From Candidatus Moranbacteria bacterium CG23_combo_of_CG06-09_8_20_14_all_35_22 (GTDB lineage: Bacteria; Patescibacteriota; Minisyncoccia; Moranbacterales; UBA2206), in NCBI GenBank assembly GCA_002772115.1, contig PCRW01000053.1:1-35544 (forward strand): a stretch of DNA of 35,544 bases, in the 5' to 3' direction. Below the pieces are notes generated by a model. That model did no database searches and had not been told where the DNA came from. It saw only the letters and a list, made by a program, of their open reading frames with translations. Position numbers and translations under genes: made by a program. Each line of letters begins with the position of its first letter. The stretch's first letter is position 1. This document shows positions 7,140-14,360 of this stretch, in pieces.

Positions 7140-7150
7140 TGTGGTATAAT
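7140..7150 (+). promoter_or_regulatory. Extended -10 promoter candidate (TGTGGTATAAT) for the T4SS-like locus
   Basis: TGn-TATAAT at 7140-7150, 12 nt upstream of the ATG at 7163. This implies a very short or leaderless 5' UTR. A perfect DnaA-box 9-mer TTATCCACA lies at 7101-7109. Confidence 0.4.
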
Positions 7151-7162
7151 TCTAGCGAGATT

Positions 7163-8179
7163 ATGAAACTAAAAAATGTCAATGCAACGCTACTAATTTT
7201 TGCGGGCTTATTGTGTTTAAACTTGGCTTTTTTTGCCGTCGCTTTGGAAAATCCCAATGGCACAAAAAATGTTTTTTTAGACAGTGATCAAGACGGACTG
7301 CTTGACACGGAAGAAAAAACTTATGGCACCAATCCAAAAAATCCGGATACGGACAATGATGGTTATTCCGACGGCGCGGAAGTTTCCGCTGGCTATAATC
7401 CGCTAATAAAAGCCCCAGGGGACAAACTTTCCGATTCCGCCAAAACAAAAACTGCTGTGATTTCTGATTCTTCCGGAGAAAAACAAAATTTGACTCAAGA
7501 AGTGGCACAAAAGATATCTGTACTCGCTAGTCAAGGCACTGCCGAAGACCAAGAAATGGGAATGGAAGATATCCAGACTATCCTCGATTCAGTTATGGAT
7601 GGTCAGGATTTTGAAAATGAATTGCCCAAAATTTCCCGCGAGGATATCAAAATTTTAGAGCAAAATTATGGTAACTTAAGTAAGGAAAAAGCTACAGAAA
7701 GAAGAAAGGATGATGCCACCGACTATGCCGTTTCTGTCCTTTACGTTTTTGCTAGCAACTCTCCAGAACCGCTCACTTCTTCCACTGACACCGCTTTGCT
7801 TTTAAATAAAATGATCGAAAAAATCGTTTCCGCTTTGACAACTGGAGATCCGGAAATTCTTGATGATTTGAGCGAAAGCGGACAAAAAATCAATGAACAA
7901 TTGAAAGAAGTGGAAGTGCCGGAAGATATGGCCGATACGCAAATCAAAGCTCTGCAATACGCTCTTTATGCCCAAAAATTGAAAAATTCCATCAAACTTG
8001 ATCCAACTGACCCGCTGGCTAATTTATCTAACTATTCCAAAATTGGAAGTTTCGTCGAAAGTATCAATAATTTTTATAATGAAATTCAAAATCGACTAGA
8101 AGAATATGGCATTGATGATAAAGAAGTTCAAAATAGATTGGAAGATCAAGGCATTGATGGAGATATTTTTGGAAGCTAA
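7163..8179 (+). CDS. Secreted acidic protein with thrombospondin type-3-like Ca-binding repeats
   Basis: Signal/anchor MKLKNVNATLLIFAGLLCLNLAFFAVA, then DSDQDGLLDTEE..NPKNPDTDNDGYSDGAE (DxDxDG repeats), then an acidic helical remainder. The ORF-track N-terminus (7085-7162) is translation of the MITE end. Confidence 0.6.
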   Translation: MKLKNVNATLLIFAGLLCLNLAFFAVALENPNGTKNVFLDSDQDGLLDTEEKTYGTNPKNPDTDNDGYSDGAEVSAGYNPLIKAPGDKLSDSAKTKTAVISDSSGEKQNLTQEVAQKISVLASQGTAEDQEMGMEDIQTILDSVMDGQDFENELPKISREDIKILEQNYGNLSKEKATERRKDDATDYAVSVLYVFASNSPEPLTSSTDTALLLNKMIEKIVSALTTGDPEILDDLSESGQKINEQLKEVEVPEDMADTQIKALQYALYAQKLKNSIKLDPTDPLANLSNYSKIGSFVESINNFYNEIQNRLEEYGIDDKEVQNRLEDQGIDGDIFGS

Positions 8180-8191
8180 AAATATACTACT

Positions 8192-9103
8192 ATGTTATTT
8201 TATTCTAAACATAAAACTGCAAAAAAAATAATCTTGACTGTTTTTTTACTGGTGTTTTTTTGTTTTTTTAATATTTCTAAAACTCAAGCGGCTCTTTGGC
8301 CAGCAATAGATCCCGGCATCCAAACCGGACTAACTGAAATAATGAATTTAATTACTGAATCACTTGTGAGTGGTATAAGGCAACAATCTATTACCACATT
8401 GATTTCTCAAATTGACAACCTAGCCGGACAAGGCAACAACGGCCAGCCAGTGTTCATCACTAATTGGGAAGATTATCTGATTAATGAGCCAATGAACCAA
8501 ACCAACATCTATATGAATGATTATGTGAGCCAAATGACGCGTGGAAAAAATACTTATTCCGGCTATTCCACGGAAGGTTTTACCGGTCCAGCCAACTATT
8601 CCGCTGATCTTAGCCAATCTGTCAAACCGCTAAGTGATGAGGATGTTCCCCAAGTTACTTATGAAGGCGACCCATCGCAAATGCTTGACAGTGGAAATTT
8701 GAAAAATATGGAACTTTATCTTTCCGGCGTGAATAACCCATGGGCTTTTGATATAGCCGTTCAGGCCGAACAACAAAAAGTTTTTGAGAATAATAAACTT
8801 GAAGTTCAAAGTAAAGCCATAGCCAACCAAGGTTTCCCCGGTACAGAAACTAGTCCCGGTATTTTAGTCAAAGAAACAATGGCCAATGTTCAAGACATAC
8901 CTAATAAAGCCCTTGCTTCTGCTTCTAGTATCTCTGAATTAGTTTCTTCTTTAGTTTCCCAAATGATCAGCCGTTCCATCACCCAAGGATTTTCCAGTGT
9001 TCAAAGATCAATCTCCAAAAATTCCTCCTCCCAAAGTCGCTACAATTCCAGTGTCAACAGCGCCATTGAGGAAGACGGCCCAGGAGCGAGATTTAGCAAC
9101 TAG
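8192..9103 (+). CDS. Secreted hypothetical protein (signal peptide ...NISKTQA|AL), Ser/Asn/Gln-rich
   Basis: 303-aa ORF, 12 nt after the previous stop, with a clear N-terminal signal peptide. No family recognised. Confidence 0.5.
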   Translation: MLFYSKHKTAKKIILTVFLLVFFCFFNISKTQAALWPAIDPGIQTGLTEIMNLITESLVSGIRQQSITTLISQIDNLAGQGNNGQPVFITNWEDYLINEPMNQTNIYMNDYVSQMTRGKNTYSGYSTEGFTGPANYSADLSQSVKPLSDEDVPQVTYEGDPSQMLDSGNLKNMELYLSGVNNPWAFDIAVQAEQQKVFENNKLEVQSKAIANQGFPGTETSPGILVKETMANVQDIPNKALASASSISELVSSLVSQMISRSITQGFSSVQRSISKNSSSQSRYNSSVNSAIEEDGPGARFSN

Positions 9104-9160
9104 AAAAAATTCCAATTTACAATTATCAATTTACAATTTTCAACCAATTTTCATTTTTCA
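9104..9160. repeat. Left arm of the AT-rich inverted repeat flanking the four-helix-bundle gene
   Basis: caatttacaattatcaatttacaattttcaaccaattttca is complementary to (attgaaa)x3 at 9516-9542. The 9-mer AAAATTCCA occurs at 9106-9114 and again at 9535-9543. Confidence 0.55.
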
Positions 9161-9517
9161 ATGATAAAATTTTCAAAACAATACGATTTAGAAAAAAGAA
9201 CTGGAGATTTCGGCATAGAAATCATAAAATTTTGTAAAACATCTCAACAAGATATTATAACAAAACCAATCTTAAACCAACTAATAAGATCGGGAACAAG
9301 TATTGGCGCTAATTATTGCGAAGCTAATAATGCCAGTTCTAAAAAAGATTTTAAGAATAAAATTTTTATCTGTAAAAAAGAATGTCAAGAAACAAAACAT
9401 TGGCTAAGGATGTCATCAGAATGTCTGCCTGAAAGAAAAGAAGAAATAAGAATTCTCTGGAAAGAATGTCAAGAGCTTACTATGATTTTCCAAAAAATAA
9501 TAAATTCTATGCAATAA
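9161..9517 (+). CDS. Four-helix-bundle protein ('23S rRNA-intervening-sequence protein' / Avd-like family)
   Basis: 118 aa. Hallmark blocks QLIRSGTSIGANYCEANNASSKKDFKNKIFICKKECQETKHWLRM, characteristic of this family. Confidence 0.85.
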   Translation: MIKFSKQYDLEKRTGDFGIEIIKFCKTSQQDIITKPILNQLIRSGTSIGANYCEANNASSKKDFKNKIFICKKECQETKHWLRMSSECLPERKEEIRILWKECQELTMIFQKIINSMQ

Positions 9518-9542
9518 TTGAAAATTGAAAATTGAAAATTCC
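9516..9542. repeat. Right arm: (attgaaa)x3 heptamer repeat
   Basis: aattgaaaattgaaaattgaaaattcc, the reverse complement of the caattttca motifs at 9135-9157. Confidence 0.55.
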
Positions 9543-9551
9543 ATAATACAC

Positions 9552-11771
9552 ATGTCTCAACAAACCCACATAAAAACAAATACCTATAAAATATTCCTAG
9601 TAATCTTTTTTCTTCTAGTGTTTGGTTTTGGGTTTGGGAAAGGGGAGAAGGCAAAGGCAGATGATGCAGATGATATTGGTGATTGTTCTTATAAATGTTC
9701 ATGGTATACACCTCTAGATAGTTTTGGCTATAAAAAAGAAGGAATTAAATCTAGTGAATGTTTTGACATATGTAAAAATCCAACAAAAAATGAATGCAAT
9801 GAAGATTTAATAGCTAAAGGTGATGGTTATTTTACACAACAGTATTGTTTATTTGATAAAGCTGGCGATTTTAGTCCTACCAAAACAGTACCGACATCTG
9901 GAAAATCCACCTCTTGTTCCGGCACAGATTGGGTATCCCACCCAGTAGACTGTTCTCTCCTTATGCTTCTTAATTTTTTTATATGGCTAATGCAATTAGC
10001 TAGTGCTCTCTTTGGCTGGATAATGGTTCCTGATAACATTACTACTATTCTTAGTAGTAAAGCAATTTACAACGCTTGGACATTAGTGCGCGATACGCTA
10101 AATGTTTTCTTTATTATGTTTTTGCTTTTTTCCGCTTTTGCCACCGTTTTTCAAATTGACAAATACAGCTACAAAAAAACACTATTAATGATTGTCCTTA
10201 TGGCGCTTTTAGTCAATTTTAGCTTCCCAATTTCTCGATTTATCATCGATATTTCCAATATGATGATGTTTTATTTTGCCAGCGCTTTAGATATTCCCAT
10301 TGAAGATGGAAAAATAATGGTTGGTTTTGCCAGTGCCGCTAAATTACCGGGAATTCTTTATCAAAATCTAGGCAATGCCGGAACAGCTCTACTTGCAGCC
10401 GTTATTTTTGTTTTTATTTTCACCGTAACTATCTTGACTATTTCCGTTCTTTTCCTTATTCGCACCATTGCCTTGGCAATTTTAATTGTTTTTTCTTCGC
10501 TGGCTTTTGTCGGCACTGCCATTCCACCACTTTCTTCTTATGCCAGTGACTGGTGGAAGAAACTTTTCAGTTATGCTTTTTTTGGACCAGTGATGCTTTT
10601 TATGATGTATATTGCATCATATTTAATGAATGAGATTGGAAGCACAGGAACAGCTACTATGGAAAAAATCGCCACCGCAAATTCAACAATTCCAGAATTA
10701 ATTGCTAATATGTCTTTTTTTGCCATCCCGATCGTCCTTCTTTGGCTCGGTCTCGGTGTCGCTCAATCAATGAGCATCGCCGGCGCCAGCATGGTCGTCG
10801 GCAAAGCGCAAGGGTTCATGAAAGGGGCAGGGAAGTGGACAGCAGGAGCACCTTGGAAAGTTGCTAAAATGTCTGGTATCCCAGGTGGAGCACAAGCGGG
10901 CTGGAAAAATTTCAGAAAAACTGGAAAATTATTTGGTGGAAAAGTGCCTCTTTATGGCGGATCTGACGCACAAGAAGCAAGAGAAGCAAAATTTGGTGGA
11001 GTATTTAAAGATGGTAGAAAGGGTTGGACAGAGGCTAAAGTTGAACTAGAAAGAACAAGAGCAAATAAACTTAGAAAAGATTGGAAAGATCAAGGCGCTA
11101 TTGATAAAGATTCTGTTTATAAAAAATTGGAAAGTACGAATCCAACAGAACAAAAAGCTGCTGCTCTAGAAATAGCTGAAAATCATAGTTTTGAAAGTTA
11201 TGAACAATTCAAAAAAGCTTCCACAGCTATCGGCAATGATCCTGTTTTCAAAAAAATATTTGATGATAAAGCAAAAGAAAAACATATTAACTTTGTTGCT
11301 AAAGCTAAAATTGAGGAGGAAGAGAAAAAAACAGGAAAACCTCTTAATTATAATGAAAAACAAGACATTTACAATGAACATTTTGATAAGCTTGATAATA
11401 AGAAATGGGCTTCTCAAATAAATCTAATGCCAAAAGACGAAAAGGGTAAGCCATTAGAAGAAAGTGAATTTGTCAAAGAATATATCAAAGAAAATATTGC
11501 GTCACATTACCCCACTCATCAAGATATTTTCAAAAATCTAAAAGGCGTCAATAAAAAACAATGGGCTGATGCGGGTTTAGCGCCAACTGAAAAAAGAAAT
11601 AGCGATGAAACATCTCAATCCGCTAGAAGCAATGAAGATATTCAAAGAGAAATGAAACAAAAAAATCAAGAAAGAATGGATAATGAAAATGAATTCAAAC
11701 AATCACATGAAGACATACAAAAAGAAAGAGCAAGAAAAGCACAAGAAGAAATAAATAAACAAAATATTTAA
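9552..11771 (+). CDS. VirB6/TrbL-like polytopic membrane protein with a Cys-rich exodomain and a long Lys/Glu-rich C-terminal tail
   Basis: Signal/TM, then a Cys-rich ~100-aa segment, about 7 TM helices and a ~300-aa highly charged tail. Sits upstream of the PrgI-like and VirB4 genes. The call rests on topology and context, not on a recognised motif. ATG at 9552 preferred over the TTG at 9525, which lies in the repeat. Confidence 0.5.
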   Translation: MSQQTHIKTNTYKIFLVIFFLLVFGFGFGKGEKAKADDADDIGDCSYKCSWYTPLDSFGYKKEGIKSSECFDICKNPTKNECNEDLIAKGDGYFTQQYCLFDKAGDFSPTKTVPTSGKSTSCSGTDWVSHPVDCSLLMLLNFFIWLMQLASALFGWIMVPDNITTILSSKAIYNAWTLVRDTLNVFFIMFLLFSAFATVFQIDKYSYKKTLLMIVLMALLVNFSFPISRFIIDISNMMMFYFASALDIPIEDGKIMVGFASAAKLPGILYQNLGNAGTALLAAVIFVFIFTVTILTISVLFLIRTIALAILIVFSSLAFVGTAIPPLSSYASDWWKKLFSYAFFGPVMLFMMYIASYLMNEIGSTGTATMEKIATANSTIPELIANMSFFAIPIVLLWLGLGVAQSMSIAGASMVVGKAQGFMKGAGKWTAGAPWKVAKMSGIPGGAQAGWKNFRKTGKLFGGKVPLYGGSDAQEAREAKFGGVFKDGRKGWTEAKVELERTRANKLRKDWKDQGAIDKDSVYKKLESTNPTEQKAAALEIAENHSFESYEQFKKASTAIGNDPVFKKIFDDKAKEKHINFVAKAKIEEEEKKTGKPLNYNEKQDIYNEHFDKLDNKKWASQINLMPKDEKGKPLEESEFVKEYIKENIASHYPTHQDIFKNLKGVNKKQWADAGLAPTEKRNSDETSQSARSNEDIQREMKQKNQERMDNENEFKQSHEDIQKERARKAQEEINKQNI

Positions 11772-11781
11772 AAAAAATATA

Positions 11782-12900
11782 ATGTTAGATACTCAAACAA
11801 AAATAATTAGAAGTTGTTATTTTCCTATGATGGTTTCTAAATATACTGGGAGAGATGATTCTAGTGAAGAAATTTTAGAAAGATGGGAGAAATTTGATCT
11901 GCTTTCAGAAGATAATAAAGATTTGTTAATTTCAGAACATATAGCTATCACAATAAGAAAACTATGTTTAAATTTTTCCTTATCTATTGAATCATCAAGA
12001 AAAATTTCCCGGGCTATTCGCAGTTTTTATTTTGGAGAAATTCAACTACAAGATTTTCCGCAGATATTATCCAAAGAAATGAATGTTGATTTTGCCACGG
12101 CGCAAAAAATATCTGAAGTTATTATCCAAAAAATAATCAACGATGATTCTCAAGAAAAAGCCTACCAAGCCCAGCTGGAAAAATTACCCCTTTCCAGCGC
12201 CATTCAAAAATTCCCCCCTCTTGGCGAACAACTACTTACTTCGGCGAAAATTAAGCTAAAAAATTTCCCAGAACCGGTCCGGCCGTCGATCAATAATTGG
12301 CTTTCCGATTATACTTTTAGTCTTGGCTATGAGTCGCATAGCGCCATGGATCGTGGAACATATCTTTTTAGAAACGAAAATGCCCGACTGCTAAATTCCA
12401 TGGATCGAGAAAAGCTTTCCTATCTTTTGAAAGCTTATGATGAAAACTCACCCGTGGACATCAACATCAACACCAGCCAAATAATTTTCCCGAGACACGA
12501 AACAAGGAACAGTGAACAAGGAACAGTGAACAATATTCAAAGAACAATAAACAATGAACAACGAGCAAGAATCAATGATCAAAGAACAATAATCAACGAG
12601 CAACGAACAACGAGCAATAATAATTCTGTTTTATCGCAACCAAAATCTCCCTTTCAAGAAATATATAATGCCAAACCACAAGCAACTCAACCCAAAGATA
12701 TTTTCGAAGAAGAAAGAACAGCCACCCAAAAAAGAAACACCGCCAATTTGAGTTTCAGTTCTCCACAAAAATTTCCTTATGAAAAACAAACTATCCAACA
12801 GCAAAAAACGCCTCAAGGTCCCGAACCCTTACATATCTCCTCCCAAAAACTCCGCCATGACCCAGTCCCGCCGGGAAATGTTGTCAATTTAAAAAACTAG
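11782..12900 (+). CDS. Hypothetical cytoplasmic protein with a low-complexity Asn/Gln/Arg/Thr-rich C-terminal half
   Basis: 372-aa ORF, 10 nt after the previous stop. No TM helices and no recognised family. Confidence 0.45.
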   Translation: MLDTQTKIIRSCYFPMMVSKYTGRDDSSEEILERWEKFDLLSEDNKDLLISEHIAITIRKLCLNFSLSIESSRKISRAIRSFYFGEIQLQDFPQILSKEMNVDFATAQKISEVIIQKIINDDSQEKAYQAQLEKLPLSSAIQKFPPLGEQLLTSAKIKLKNFPEPVRPSINNWLSDYTFSLGYESHSAMDRGTYLFRNENARLLNSMDREKLSYLLKAYDENSPVDININTSQIIFPRHETRNSEQGTVNNIQRTINNEQRARINDQRTIINEQRTTSNNNSVLSQPKSPFQEIYNAKPQATQPKDIFEEERTATQKRNTANLSFSSPQKFPYEKQTIQQQKTPQGPEPLHISSQKLRHDPVPPGNVVNLKN

Positions 12901-13024
12901 GCTTTACTAAATACGAAATAAGCTAAATACTAAAAAATCCTTTCGTATTTCGTTTATTTCGTATTTGGTAAAACTTAGTATTTAGTAAAATTTAGTATTT
13001 CGTTTATTTCGTATTTAGTAAAAC
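12901..13024. repeat. 124-bp intergenic repeat unit A (tactaaatacgaaataagc family)
   Basis: The left arm tttactaaatacgaaataagctaaatactaaa pairs with tttagtatttcgtttatttcgtatttagtaaa. The unit starts right after the stop codon and ends 6 nt before the next ATG. Confidence 0.85.
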
Positions 13025-13030
13025 AATAAA

Positions 13031-13426
13031 ATGTTATTTAACGTCCCACAATTCATCGACATCGAAGATAAGATTGTTGGTCCACTTACCGCCAAGCAAC
13101 TTGGCTGGCTGGGCATTGCCGGCGTTTTGCTTTTGATTTTCTGGAGCACGCTCACTTTTTCCACTTTTCTTCCGCTGGCTTTCATCACACTGGGAATTTT
13201 TGGTGCGTTGGCATTTTACCGACCGTACAACCAACCCCTTTTGAATTTTTTGATGTCAGGCGTAAATTTTTTTCTAAAACCAAAAATCTATGTTTGGAAG
13301 CGATATTATGATAGTATGAAAGCAGTCAAAAAAACTGAAAAAACAACCGAAGAAATTATTGTCAAAAGAAAAGTTTTAGATAATAAAAAATTAGAAGAAT
13401 TGGCGAAAAGACTAAATCAGAAATAG
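13031..13426 (+). CDS. PrgI family protein (VirB3-like small T4SS membrane component)
   Basis: MLFNVPQFIDIEDKIVGPLTAKQLGWLGIAG followed by two TM helices is the characteristic PrgI-family N-terminus. Lies upstream of VirB4. Confidence 0.75.
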   Translation: MLFNVPQFIDIEDKIVGPLTAKQLGWLGIAGVLLLIFWSTLTFSTFLPLAFITLGIFGALAFYRPYNQPLLNFLMSGVNFFLKPKIYVWKRYYDSMKAVKKTEKTTEEIIVKRKVLDNKKLEELAKRLNQK

Positions 13427-13550
13427 GCTTTACTAAATACGAAATAAGCTAAATACTAAAAAATTCTTTCGTATTTCGTTTATTTCGTATTTAGTAAAAC
13501 TTAGTATTTAGTAAAATTTAGTATTTCGTTTATTTCGTATTTAGTAAAAC
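13427..13550. repeat. 124-bp intergenic repeat unit B
   Basis: Identical to unit A at 122 of 124 positions (hand alignment), in direct orientation. Confidence 0.85.
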
Positions 13551-13554
13551 ATTT

Positions 13555-14244
13555 ATGGAATTTCTACACTCAAAAAAACTCTCCACCGAACCATCATCTT
13601 CACCTACTCAAAAATATTTGGATGTAGCCGAAGTGAAAGATGATGTGATTGTTTTGAAATCGGGCGCTCTGCGTTCCATTTTGGCTGTGTCCGCTATAAA
13701 TTTTGATCTAAAATCCACTGACGAACAAGAAGCTATCATTTCTCAATATCAAAATTTTCTCAACTCCGTCGATTTTCCAGTGCAAATTTTGATCAGCTCA
13801 AGAAAATTAGATATGCGAAATTATTTTGAATTTATCACTAGCAAAGAAAAAACTCAATCTAGCGAACTTCTCCGACTTCAACTTAGCGAGTATAAAAATT
13901 TCATTGAACAATTAGTCAAGGGCTCGGATATTATGGAAAAAAATTTCTACATCATCGTGCCATTTTCACCGATTGAAAATAAAAAAAAAAGTTTTTTCTC
14001 TAACATTGGCAGTTTATGGAACCCCCAAAAAAACATTTTAGAAAAAAGAGAGAATTTTGAAACTTATAAAAATCAACTCCTCCAAAGAATTGATCACATC
14101 ATCGCCGCTTTGTCTGGCATCGGTCTGCGCATTGTTCCCCTCAAGACTGAAGAACTAATTGAATTGTTATTTGATTCATACAATCCGGAAATTTTCAACG
14201 CCACCGGATTGAAAGATGTGAGTAAATTAGAACTAACGAAATAG
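13555..14244 (+). CDS. Hypothetical T4SS-associated cytoplasmic protein (possible ATPase-less VirB4 N-domain-like protein)
   Basis: 229 aa, no TM helix and no Walker motifs. The segment YLDVAEVKDDVIVLKSGALRSILAVSAINFDLKSTDEQEAIISQYQNFLNSVDFPVQILI resembles the pattern at the N-terminus of VirB4/TrbE/TraC proteins (from memory). Confidence 0.4.
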   Translation: MEFLHSKKLSTEPSSSPTQKYLDVAEVKDDVIVLKSGALRSILAVSAINFDLKSTDEQEAIISQYQNFLNSVDFPVQILISSRKLDMRNYFEFITSKEKTQSSELLRLQLSEYKNFIEQLVKGSDIMEKNFYIIVPFSPIENKKKSFFSNIGSLWNPQKNILEKRENFETYKNQLLQRIDHIIAALSGIGLRIVPLKTEELIELLFDSYNPEIFNATGLKDVSKLELTK

Positions 14245-14352
14245 TCCTTTACTAAATACGAAATAAGCGAAATACGAAAGAATTGTTTTTTTAGTATTTA
14301 GTTTATTTAGTATTTAGTAAAATTTAGTATTTCGCTCATTTCGTAGTTCATA
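14245..14352. repeat. Intergenic repeat unit C (diverged member of the same family)
   Basis: tcctttactaaatacgaaataagcgaaatacgaaag ... tttagtatttagtaaaatttagtatttcgctcatttcgtag. Confidence 0.7.
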
Positions 14353-14360
14353 AAGAAATT

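Noticed and set aside
7085-7162. ORF-track N-terminal extension MVGDELIHNL..., and the analogous MVGDELTFRL... at 31080-31151 on the minus strand
   Set aside because: Both are translations of the same terminal inverted repeat (GTGGTGGGGGATGAAC) of the MITE-like element. Downstream ATGs give a proper signal peptide (7163) and a canonical 44-aa L34 (31079).
9161-9517. The Avd-like four-helix-bundle protein as a marker of a diversity-generating retroelement
   Set aside because: No reverse transcriptase ORF is in the window. I could not find a template/variable repeat pair with adenine-specific differences. This family also occurs widely outside DGRs.
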